From Nitrosopumilaceae archaeon (GTDB taxonomy: Archaea; Thermoproteota; Nitrososphaeria; Nitrososphaerales; Nitrosopumilaceae), in the NCBI GenBank assembly GCA_965209085.1, contig OZ242376.1, forward strand, positions 384,001 through 448,000: DNA of 64,000 nucleotides. The letters are read 5' to 3'. Position 1 is the stretch's first letter. Every line of letters starts with the position of its first letter. The position numbers and the translations under genes are program-made. This document shows, one piece after another, positions 28,329-36,958 of this stretch. The notes below the pieces were generated by a model. It ran no database searches and was not told the DNA's origin. It saw only the letters and a list, made by a program, of their open reading frames with translations.

Positions 28329-30572
28329 ATGAATCGTACGATGCAACTTATGGCATTATTCACAATATTGCCACTTTTGACTGTATCAATTTCAATGTCT
28401 GCAAATAACGCATACGGTGCAACCAACATCTGTGGCGTACAATTGTGTTCTGATTACCCTGGTGGCAAATCCAAGTTTGAGGAAGATAAAATGCTTGGTT
28501 ATGGATATTCTGTAAAATCTAATTCAGTTATTGATCCAACTATGATGATGAAAACCCATGATGAAAAATCCAAATATGCTATGAAAATTGCTGATTGCAT
28601 GGAAAATATGATGATGGATGAAATGATGATGAAGATGATGATGGACAGGATGATGACGGATGAAATGATGATGATGGACGAGATGATGATGGACGAGATG
28701 ATGATGGACGAGATGATGATGGACGAGATGATGATGGACGAGATGATGATGGACGAGATGATGATGGACGAGATGATGATGGACGAGATGATGATGGACG
28801 AGATGATGATGGACGAGATGATGATGGACGAGATGATGATGGACGAGATGATGATGGACGAGATGATGATGGACGAAATGATGATGGACGAAATGATGAT
28901 GGACGAAATGATGATGGACGAAATGATGATGGACGAAATGATGATGATGATGAAGAAAATGATGACGGACGAAATGATGACGGATGAAATGATGATGATG
29001 AAGAAAATGATGACGGACGAGATGATGACGGATGAAATGATGATGATGAAGAAAATGATGACGGACGAGATGATGACGGATGAAATGATGATGATGAAGA
29101 AAATGATGACGGATGAAATGATGATGATGATGAAGAAAATGATGACGGACAAGATGATGACGGACAAGATGATGACGGACGATATGATGACGGATGAAAT
29201 GATGATGATGATGAAGAAAATGATGACGGACGATATGATGACGGATGAAATGATGATGATGATGAAGAAAATGATGACGGACGATATGATGACGGATGAA
29301 ATGATGATGATGATGAAGAAAATGATGACGGACGATATGATGACGGATGAAATGATGATGATGATGAAGAAAATGATGACGGACGATATGATGACGGATG
29401 AAATGATGATGATGAAGAAGATGATGACGGATGAAATGATGATGATGATGAAGAAAATGATGACGGACGAAATGATGATGGACCACGAATTTGATTGTGA
29501 AACTTACAAAATGAAGTATGCTGATAAAATGCATAAAAAAGACAGTATGCATGGTGATAAAATGGAAGAAATGCGAGGTTCCAATGATGATGAAATGAAA
29601 GGCATGGATCACAAGAAAAAAGTTTATCTCTCTAGAGCAAATGTAGCCGCTGAAATTCCTCTACATGAAGGATATTACAATGGCGATAACGTTTACTATA
29701 TTATAACTGACGCAAGCGAACAGAGCCACGTAGATACTATCTCTACAAACCAAGATTGGAATGTTGCATATGCACCCTTACTGACCAACGCTCCAGAATC
29801 TGCACTTTCAAAAACATACATGTTCGTAAACGGTGTTGATGGGAATGGAGTACACGGATACCAATCTGAAGTATTTACCACTATTCCAGGTCAAGATAAC
29901 TATAGTCCTTTAAAATCTCATGTACACGTTGTTTGGAATGACGGTGTTTCTCCTACACTATTAACATCAGAAGATGATATCGAAACTGCTGCAGCACAAA
30001 ACAAAGTAACACTCATTCCACTAGATGTGGTAATCAACATGCCATTCATAATGTGGCCAAACGGACAATTACAGATCAATGAAAATACTATAACCGATCA
30101 TCTTGTATATGGTGGGGGTCAAATTACAGATATTGATCTTGACGACATGACCGTTACGTTCATTGCACATCGCGGATGGGGTCCTGATGGCAGCACAATA
30201 TACTATATCGTGACAGATGCCATACCATCTGGTCCTGCTGAAGCAATGGGAGTCCCACATACACCAGCTACAGCATCTTTGCTTGCAAACCCTGCCGCAG
30301 TCGATTTATACCAGTTCAAAAACGGGTTAACAGGTACAGGTCCACTAGGTTTCCAACCTGGAATTGGAGCTGCAGGTTTTGGAGATGATAATTATTCACC
30401 AATGTGGCGTATATTCCTTATTGAATGGAATGATGCTGATCATGCATCATTATTGATGACCAAAGGGGATATTGATGCTATGAATGAATCTGGAAAAATC
30501 ACCATTGAACTAGCAATGCCTATGGACTTGGCGCATATTGTAAACTGCCCGTTTATAGATCCATTCCAATAA
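28329..30572 (+). CDS. Secreted protein with an extreme Met-rich repeat tract and two C-terminal repeated globular domains (DUF7482-like, tentative)
   Basis: Signal peptide, CGVQLC motif, about 295-aa Met/Asp/Glu/Lys/Thr tract, then two copies of YYI.TDA...F.NG..G.G..G.Q...YSP...N.PF. Confidence 0.85.
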   Translation: MNRTMQLMALFTILPLLTVSISMSANNAYGATNICGVQLCSDYPGGKSKFEEDKMLGYGYSVKSNSVIDPTMMMKTHDEKSKYAMKIADCMENMMMDEMMMKMMMDRMMTDEMMMMDEMMMDEMMMDEMMMDEMMMDEMMMDEMMMDEMMMDEMMMDEMMMDEMMMDEMMMDEMMMDEMMMDEMMMDEMMMDEMMMDEMMMDEMMMMMKKMMTDEMMTDEMMMMKKMMTDEMMTDEMMMMKKMMTDEMMTDEMMMMKKMMTDEMMMMMKKMMTDKMMTDKMMTDDMMTDEMMMMMKKMMTDDMMTDEMMMMMKKMMTDDMMTDEMMMMMKKMMTDDMMTDEMMMMMKKMMTDDMMTDEMMMMKKMMTDEMMMMMKKMMTDEMMMDHEFDCETYKMKYADKMHKKDSMHGDKMEEMRGSNDDEMKGMDHKKKVYLSRANVAAEIPLHEGYYNGDNVYYIITDASEQSHVDTISTNQDWNVAYAPLLTNAPESALSKTYMFVNGVDGNGVHGYQSEVFTTIPGQDNYSPLKSHVHVVWNDGVSPTLLTSEDDIETAAAQNKVTLIPLDVVINMPFIMWPNGQLQINENTITDHLVYGGGQITDIDLDDMTVTFIAHRGWGPDGSTIYYIVTDAIPSGPAEAMGVPHTPATASLLANPAAVDLYQFKNGLTGTGPLGFQPGIGAAGFGDDNYSPMWRIFLIEWNDADHASLLMTKGDIDAMNESGKITIELAMPMDLAHIVNCPFIDPFQ
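28608..29483 (+). repeat. Coding tandem repeat: 18 x 15-bp ATGATGATGGACGAR, then mixed MMMM(M)KK / MMTD(E/D/K) units
   Basis: 28668-28937 is 13 units ending GAG followed by 5 ending GAA; after that, higher-order units of up to 51 bp. Confidence 0.95.
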
Positions 30573-30603
30573 CCAACATATCATATTATTTATGACCGTC
30601 TAG

Positions 30604-31551
30604 ATGCGTATATTTATGATGCAGAATAAAACATTGTTTGTTGCAATTGCAGTCGTATCGTTACCAATAATATTCGCATTTGTGGCATATTCTGAAACGT
30701 TCAATCTAAGTTGGAATCAAGGTCGTGGGGGATTTTTATTTGCACTTGCATTCATAATAGCCGAGCTAATAGGACTACGGATCGGAATAGCCAAAAATCG
30801 TATTTTAATGGCAATTCCTTTGGCTTTGATTGTCATAACATACATGATCTTACTAGAAAATGGATTACGTGAACAAATTGAATCGTTAGCTAGCAATTTT
30901 GGAATTCAACTTTTACTTTCTTGGGTGTGGATGTGGGACTTTATAATCATGGCTGCGTTTACAACCGCAACATTGATCCTCTTTTTTGGCACCAAGTGGA
31001 TAAGAATAGCACCGGCAGGACCAATTTTTCTTTATGGAAGTGCAATAATATTGTCTTTAGATGCATTTTTCCCATATGATTCACTTGGCCCGTTGCAATA
31101 TTTTGTACCATATTTGGTAAATCTTAACGTTTGGCTTGTGAATTTGTTTGATCTTGGTGTAGCAAATGCATCCGGAAACATGATGTTTCTAAAGGGTGAT
31201 TTTGGTCCATTTGCATTGCAAGTATTCTGGCCTTCTGCAGGAGTACACAGCATAATTATCTACTCGCTTGTCATGATGGCATTTTTGCTTAAAATGCGTA
31301 TAATACCTAGACGAAAACTTGCTTGGTTTGCAATTGGGATCTTTGGAACAATAGTGGTTAATGTAATCCGGATCTTTTCACTCTCTTGGTATGCATTAAA
31401 AGTTACTACCGATACGGCACTTTGGGAAGAATTTCATTCCGTAGCTGGAGAAATCATGTTCCTACCGTGGCTATTCGCGTTTCTTATGATCGTCGCTGTG
31501 GTAGAAAATAAAAAATTAAAGCAACTAGACAAACAAAACGATCAAAAATAA
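30604..31551 (+). CDS. artG: Thaumarchaeosortase (exosortase/archaeosortase family)
   Basis: Multi-pass membrane protein with QVFWPSAGVHS, NVIRI and EEFHSVAGE catalytic-region motifs. Confidence 0.88.
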   Translation: MRIFMMQNKTLFVAIAVVSLPIIFAFVAYSETFNLSWNQGRGGFLFALAFIIAELIGLRIGIAKNRILMAIPLALIVITYMILLENGLREQIESLASNFGIQLLLSWVWMWDFIIMAAFTTATLILFFGTKWIRIAPAGPIFLYGSAIILSLDAFFPYDSLGPLQYFVPYLVNLNVWLVNLFDLGVANASGNMMFLKGDFGPFALQVFWPSAGVHSIIIYSLVMMAFLLKMRIIPRRKLAWFAIGIFGTIVVNVIRIFSLSWYALKVTTDTALWEEFHSVAGEIMFLPWLFAFLMIVAVVENKKLKQLDKQNDQK

Positions 31552-32636
31552 TCGTCAATGCTTAATTGACCTGTAACATCTGACAATTCTGAAACCTTTA
31601 CTCCTAGTCTACGAATTGGCTTATTTTGAATTTCCAAGGCTTCATGCAAAAGTTGTTTGGCAATTTTTGAGAGATCCTGCAAAGATGCAGTGGGATGCAA
31701 TAACATTTTGGAATGGGATTTACCTGTCATGTCATTTTGCACAAATTGAACGCCTACTGATCTAAAAAGTTTGTTGTTTTTCATCACAATTTCATGAATC
31801 TGTCTGCACATTCTATACAAATTTAACAAAAGATATGTTTCATCAGAAGAATCTTTAGAAAGAGTGGATATTTTGCTATATTGAACACTTGGTTCTTTCT
31901 TAGTAACTGGCGATAAATCTTCACCTTTTGATGCATTGTAAATATACGTACCAACTTTTCGCCCAAATTCTCTTTGCAGTGCAAATATATCTGCATTACA
32001 GAGCTGACCTATAGTAATAAATCCCATGGATTTGAGTTTCACTTCTGTTTTTCCACCGATGCCTGGTATGTCTCGAATTTTTAATGGTTCGAGAAATGCT
32101 GAAACATTTTCAGGTCGAACAACCGTCAATCCGTCTGGTTTTTTAAAATCAGATGCTATTTTTGATATTAATTTATTTGGAGTTACACCAACGGAACATG
32201 TGAGCTTTGTACCTTCACGTATGGCGTTTTTAATTTGCTGCCCAATATGTGATGCATGATCAAAATTTTCTTTACTTTTTACGGTGACATCTAGATATGC
32301 TTCATCTCTTCCTACATATTCAAAAATATCTGCATGTTTACTCATTATATCCATAGCTTTTTGCGACATGTCTGAATAATAATCAAAATCTGTTGGTAAA
32401 AATACCGATTCAGGAATGGATTCAAGCTTTCTTTTTGCAATTGTTATGGGCATGCCTGCCTTTACACCATAATTTCTTGCCGTATAATTCGCAGTAGCTA
32501 TGGCCCCACTATCTCCCCCTCGATCTGAGAATACACACACAGCTACCGGAACGGTTCGTAGTTGCGGTTTGCGTATTTCTTCACATTGGGCATAAAAATA
32601 ATCAAAATCAGCATGAATTATGACGCGTTTTTTCAT
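31542..32636 (-). CDS. dinB: Y-family DNA polymerase IV (DinB/Dpo4)
   Basis: HADFDYFYAQ, ATANYTAR, DEAYLD and KPDG motifs; C-terminal PIP-like QLSIDDYF. Confidence 0.96.
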   Translation of the reverse strand: MKKRVIIHADFDYFYAQCEEIRKPQLRTVPVAVCVFSDRGGDSGAIATANYTARNYGVKAGMPITIAKRKLESIPESVFLPTDFDYYSDMSQKAMDIMSKHADIFEYVGRDEAYLDVTVKSKENFDHASHIGQQIKNAIREGTKLTCSVGVTPNKLISKIASDFKKPDGLTVVRPENVSAFLEPLKIRDIPGIGGKTEVKLKSMGFITIGQLCNADIFALQREFGRKVGTYIYNASKGEDLSPVTKKEPSVQYSKISTLSKDSSDETYLLLNLYRMCRQIHEIVMKNNKLFRSVGVQFVQNDMTGKSHSKMLLHPTASLQDLSKIAKQLLHEALEIQNKPIRRLGVKVSELSDVTGQLSIDDYF

Positions 32637-32677
32637 GATTTCGATACGCTAAAATGTAATAAAAATTTCACTATATT

Positions 32678-32929
32678 ATGTCTGCACCAGTAGAACTCAA
32701 AGATGGTGGAATATGTATTAGACCGGAAAAAATGGAAAAAGAAAAATTATACCACTGTATAATGGGTTCAAAAATAATGCTTATATATAAAGACAGCCAA
32801 GATATGTTCAACTGTTACGAATTGGATGACCCTGATCTAGTTAAAACCATTCAAAAATGCACTAATGATGAGCAGATAGAGGCATCACTACGTGAATTTG
32901 CCAACATTTCTGACCTAAATACTAAATAA
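32678..32929 (+). CDS. Hypothetical protein (83 aa)
   Basis: Natural-looking ORF divergent from dinB and co-directional with the Alba fusion. Confidence 0.7.
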   Translation: MSAPVELKDGGICIRPEKMEKEKLYHCIMGSKIMLIYKDSQDMFNCYELDDPDLVKTIQKCTNDEQIEASLREFANISDLNTK

Positions 32930-32955
32930 TAGGTATATTGATGATTAATCATAAC

Positions 32956-34497
32956 ATGTCAGACAAAGCATATACGGATGCAGAAGATATCTTACAAGAA
33001 ATTCAGGACAAAAATAAAGCCAAAATGAATCCTAATTCTGACGATTCGTCTAAAAATGATCAATTATCACAAACATCCCTGGGAGGCTCATGTGGTTGCT
33101 CCCACGAAGAACCTGAACCAACGTCCAAAACAAAAAGCAAAGGCTCATGTGGTTGCTCCAACGAAGAACCATCCTCCGGTCATGAACATTCATCAGCATC
33201 ATTAATCCAACCTGAACCAACGTCCAAAACAAAAAGCAAAGGCTCATGTGGTTGCTCCAACGAAGAACCATCCTCTGGTCATGAACATTCATCAGCATCA
33301 TTAATCCAACCTGAACCAACGTCCAAAACAAAAAGCAAAGGCTCATGTGGTTGCTCCAACAAAGAACCATCCTCCGGTCATGAACATTCATCAGCATCAT
33401 TAATCCAACCTGAACCAACGTCCAAAACAAAAAGCAAAGGCTCATGTGGTTGCTCCAACAAAGAACCATCCTCCGGTCATGAACATTCATCAGCATCATT
33501 AATCCAACCTGAACATTCATCAGCATCATTAATCCAACCTGAACCAACGTCCAAAACAAAAAGCAAAGGCTCATGTGGTTGCTCCAACAAAGAACCATCC
33601 TCCGGTCATGAACATTCATCAGCATCATTAATCCAACCTGAACATTCATCAGCATCATTAATCCAACCTGAACATTCATCAGCATCATTAATCCAACCTG
33701 AACCAACGTCCAAAACAAAAAGCAAAGGCTCATGTGGTTGCTCCAACAAAGAACCATCCTCCGGTCATGAACATTCATCAGCATCATTAATCCAACCTGA
33801 ACATTCATCAGCATCATTAATCCAACCTGAACATTCATCAGCATCATTAATCCAACCTGAACCAACGTCCAAAACAAAAAGCAAAGGCTCATGTGGTTGC
33901 TCCAACAAAGAACCATCCTCCGGTCATGAACATTCATCAGCATCATTAATCCAACCTGAACCAACGTCCAAAACAAAAAGCAAAGGCTCATGTGGTTGCT
34001 CCAACAAAGAACCATCCTCCAGTCATGAACATTCATCAGCATCATTAATCCAACCTGAACCAATGTCCAAAACAAAAAGCAAAGGCTCATGTGGTTGCTC
34101 CAACGAAGGATCCCATGAGGATGTACCACTTTCATTATCAAAACCGGAACAAATGTTGGAAAATAATACTGAACAAAAAACAACCCAAAAAAATTCTGAA
34201 ACTAAATCTGAAAAATCTGTTCTGTCAAGTGAACATGATGTAATATTCATTGGTGATAAACCTCTCATGACTTATGTGACACATACGCTTACACAGCTTG
34301 CGATACGATCCACTGTAACATTAAAGGCACGAGGTAGAAAAATAACACACGCTGCAGATGTTTCACAAATGATTGAAAAACGTATGGGTTCAGTAGGATA
34401 CAAAGTAATGGATGTTCGAATATCGTCTGATTTACTCACACATGAAGGTAAAGAGCGCAAAGTTCCAACAATCGAAATAGATCTGTCAAAAAATTAA
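32956..34497 (+). CDS. Alba-domain protein with a long Cys/His/Ser-rich repeat N-terminal extension
   Basis: C-terminal IFIGDKPLMTYV...VTLKARGRKITHAADVS...KVPTIEIDL is the Alba signature; 10 GSCGCS motifs lie upstream. Confidence 0.88.
   Translation: MSDKAYTDAEDILQEIQDKNKAKMNPNSDDSSKNDQLSQTSLGGSCGCSHEEPEPTSKTKSKGSCGCSNEEPSSGHEHSSASLIQPEPTSKTKSKGSCGCSNEEPSSGHEHSSASLIQPEPTSKTKSKGSCGCSNKEPSSGHEHSSASLIQPEPTSKTKSKGSCGCSNKEPSSGHEHSSASLIQPEHSSASLIQPEPTSKTKSKGSCGCSNKEPSSGHEHSSASLIQPEHSSASLIQPEHSSASLIQPEPTSKTKSKGSCGCSNKEPSSGHEHSSASLIQPEHSSASLIQPEHSSASLIQPEPTSKTKSKGSCGCSNKEPSSGHEHSSASLIQPEPTSKTKSKGSCGCSNKEPSSSHEHSSASLIQPEPMSKTKSKGSCGCSNEGSHEDVPLSLSKPEQMLENNTEQKTTQKNSETKSEKSVLSSEHDVIFIGDKPLMTYVTHTLTQLAIRSTVTLKARGRKITHAADVSQMIEKRMGSVGYKVMDVRISSDLLTHEGKERKVPTIEIDLSKN
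33085..34107 (+). repeat. Nested coding tandem repeat: 99-bp unit containing a variable-copy 30-bp unit
   Basis: Unit is GSCGCS-N(E/K)EPSSGH-(EHSSASLIQP)n-EPTSKTKSK with n = 1,1,1,2,3,3,1,1. Confidence 0.95.
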
Positions 34498-34607
34498 TTC
34501 CGTAATACGTCACATTGCTTTATCCTGTAAAATAGTACAAGTTCACGTCGTCAATAATTTATACGAAAAATTAAGATCTAAATACAAAATAATCTCGAGT
34601 ACCGTAC

Positions 34608-35234
34608 TCACGTAAAATATGTCATTGCGTCTGCAACAAACATTATTCCAAAATACACCAATATTATGGACGTTCCAATCATAATCATTTTGTATATCTT
34701 ATTTGTAATAAATTTGGAAGCTTTGCCAGACATACCCCCAACAAACATCATCCATGCATAATCCATCCATATATGTAATGCAAACATGGCTGATATGCCG
34801 ATCAACCCCCATTGATTTGCATCCGTGATTAGCTTTAATCCTATGGTTCCCCACCACAAAATAAACAACGGATTTAAGAAACTGAGTAGCATTCCTGTAA
34901 TTAATGGACTATTCCCAAAAATACGTTCTTTGATGGAATAGCACATAACTGATTTCATCTGTATTGCTACAAAAACAAACAAACCAATGGCACCTACAAT
35001 TGTAATACCTGCCCTAAACCATAATGTTCCGTCAATAACTATGATGCCGAGTCCAAACGCTACAACAATTGGTATTTCAACAATTGTGTGGCCTACTGCC
35101 ATTTTAAATCCAGACTTCATGCCACCTTTTATGCCGTGTGCAATATTGGCTACGAATAATGGTCCTGGAGACATGACGCCAGTAACCGATATTATCATAA
35201 CCATAACGGCAAATATGAAAAAATCTTCGTACAT
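34608..35234 (-). CDS. LysE-family translocator
   Basis: MSPGPLF, GHTIVE and NPLFILWW motifs; about 6 TM segments. Confidence 0.9.
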   Translation of the reverse strand: MYEDFFIFAVMVMIISVTGVMSPGPLFVANIAHGIKGGMKSGFKMAVGHTIVEIPIVVAFGLGIIVIDGTLWFRAGITIVGAIGLFVFVAIQMKSVMCYSIKERIFGNSPLITGMLLSFLNPLFILWWGTIGLKLITDANQWGLIGISAMFALHIWMDYAWMMFVGGMSGKASKFITNKIYKMIMIGTSIILVYFGIMFVADAMTYFT

Positions 35235-35321
35235 GTTTTAGTTAAAACTAAACCGCATTTAGACTATGCGGGTAAAATGGTACAAATTGTACTGGTATTT
35301 AAAAAAGGAAAATGACGTTGA

Positions 35322-35465
35322 TTAGATTTTTCCTATTCTGAACATTTTTGTACTGCAGGTGCCGCAAGTTCCCTTGACGGCTGGTCTGCCATTTTTGAGA
35401 GTTGTTGGTGTTGCTCCTTCTATTTCTCTCTTGCTTCTGCATTTTACACAGTATCCTGTGGTCAT
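35322..35465 (-). CDS. Zn-ribbon microprotein, DUF5679-like (47 aa)
   Basis: Hand translation MTTGYCVKCRSKREIEGATPTTLKNGRPAVKGTCGTCSTKMFRIGKI*. Confidence 0.85.
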   Translation of the reverse strand: MTTGYCVKCRSKREIEGATPTTLKNGRPAVKGTCGTCSTKMFRIGKI

Positions 35466-35586
35466 GCTCTATATTGTAATCAACTAATATTATCAGTATG
35501 TGGTAAAAATGATTTTACAATTAAGTGTCACTTCGATCACATTTTTGATCTAAAAATCTGTAAAAATTATAACCTAGTATGAATAT

Positions 35587-36864
35587 GTGCCTGATATGAA
35601 CGTAAAATTACACCGAATGATGAGTACTTTTGGACCCGGAATAATGTTTGCTAGCACGGCAATAGGTGTTTCACATCTTGTCCAATCCACTAGGGCCGGA
35701 GCCGAATTTGGATTCGGTTTGGTGGCTATTGTACTTTTAGCCAACGTCTTAAAATATCCGTTTTTTGAATTTAGCTCGCGATATGCAAATGCAACAGGTA
35801 CTAGTCTAATAGACGGATACAAAAAACTTGGCCGTTGGGCACTTGGTCTGTACTTTGCCATAACAATTGCATCGATGTTTTTTGTCACTGCTGCAGTGGG
35901 GCTGGTTACCGCTGGATTTATGGAAAATTTGTTTGGCGTAACAACACTTGGCATATGGGGGATAGCTGTATTATTTGCAGTCTGTAGCATTATACTGATC
36001 ATAGGCCGATATACCGTACTTGACAGTCTCATAAAGATAATCGCCACTGTAATACTGGTTTCCACGGTACTTGCATTCGCTTTGGCCGTATATTCTGGAC
36101 CTGCAGAACATGCAGATGGATTTATGGCACCTGAAATTTGGAGTGGTACAACACTGTTTTTCGTTATAGCTCTTATGGGATGGATGCCGATACCAATTGA
36201 CGTTTCTGCATGGCACGGACTGTGGACTCTGGAACGAATAAGACAGACCAAATTCAAACCGTCTTTAAAAGAAACATTATTTGATTTTAATATTGGATAC
36301 TTAATTGTGGCGTCACTCTCTGTATTGTTTTTGATTCTTGGAACGTATATTTTTTACGGTACTGGAAATGATCTGCCTGCAAGCAGTGGTTTGTTTGCAC
36401 ATAAAGTAGTTCAAATTTACACCGAAACTATAGGCGGATGGTCTGAGCTAATCATATCGATATCTGCATTTAGCGTAATGTTTGGAACCATAATAGCAGT
36501 ATTTGATGGATATACTAGATCAATTACAAGGATAAGTGATCTTTTGATGTCAAAACCCAAACCAATCTCAAAACCTTCGTGGAGAAAATACGTTTCAATC
36601 ATGTCGATTTTAGCTGTCACTTCGTTTGTTGTGCTGATGCAATTTGGCGATAAAATCAAGGAATTGGTGGATTTTGCCACCACCATATCGTTTGTAATAG
36701 CTCCAGTTGTGGCTTATTTTAACATCAAACTTGTTTCTGCAAAATATGTGGGCACCGATGCAGTACCTCCCGCGTGGTTGCGGGCATTAAGCTATGCCGG
36801 ATTGATATTTTTATCTGGATTTGCAGTTGTTTTCATAATAGTATACATCCCAACGATCATTTAG
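35587..36864 (+). CDS. NRAMP-like divalent metal cation transporter
   Basis: GPGIMFASTAIGVSHLVQSTRAGA and LMGWMP motifs; about 11 TM segments. Confidence 0.85.
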   Translation: MPDMNVKLHRMMSTFGPGIMFASTAIGVSHLVQSTRAGAEFGFGLVAIVLLANVLKYPFFEFSSRYANATGTSLIDGYKKLGRWALGLYFAITIASMFFVTAAVGLVTAGFMENLFGVTTLGIWGIAVLFAVCSIILIIGRYTVLDSLIKIIATVILVSTVLAFALAVYSGPAEHADGFMAPEIWSGTTLFFVIALMGWMPIPIDVSAWHGLWTLERIRQTKFKPSLKETLFDFNIGYLIVASLSVLFLILGTYIFYGTGNDLPASSGLFAHKVVQIYTETIGGWSELIISISAFSVMFGTIIAVFDGYTRSITRISDLLMSKPKPISKPSWRKYVSIMSILAVTSFVVLMQFGDKIKELVDFATTISFVIAPVVAYFNIKLVSAKYVGTDAVPPAWLRALSYAGLIFLSGFAVVFIIVYIPTII

Positions 36865-36958
36865 ATTAAATCTTGTGCATAATCATTCAAATCAATTATT
36901 TTTATTCATAAAAATCGTTCTCATTGTACAGGGGTCCGCACCATATGCATACGGTCTG

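Noticed and set aside
28499-29612. Minus-strand poly-His (362 aa) and poly-Ile/Ser ORFs
   Set aside because: They are the reverse-complement shadow of (ATG)n repeats. The plus strand has a signal peptide and globular domains; these ORFs have nothing outside the repeat.
33085-34107. Possible CRISPR array (30-bp repeats)
   Set aside because: Intervening sequences are themselves identical, all lengths are multiples of 3, the region lies inside a CDS, and no cas operon is present.
33050-34183. 377-aa antisense hydrophobic repeat ORF
   Set aside because: Stop-free only because of the repeat unit; the opposite strand carries the in-frame Alba domain.
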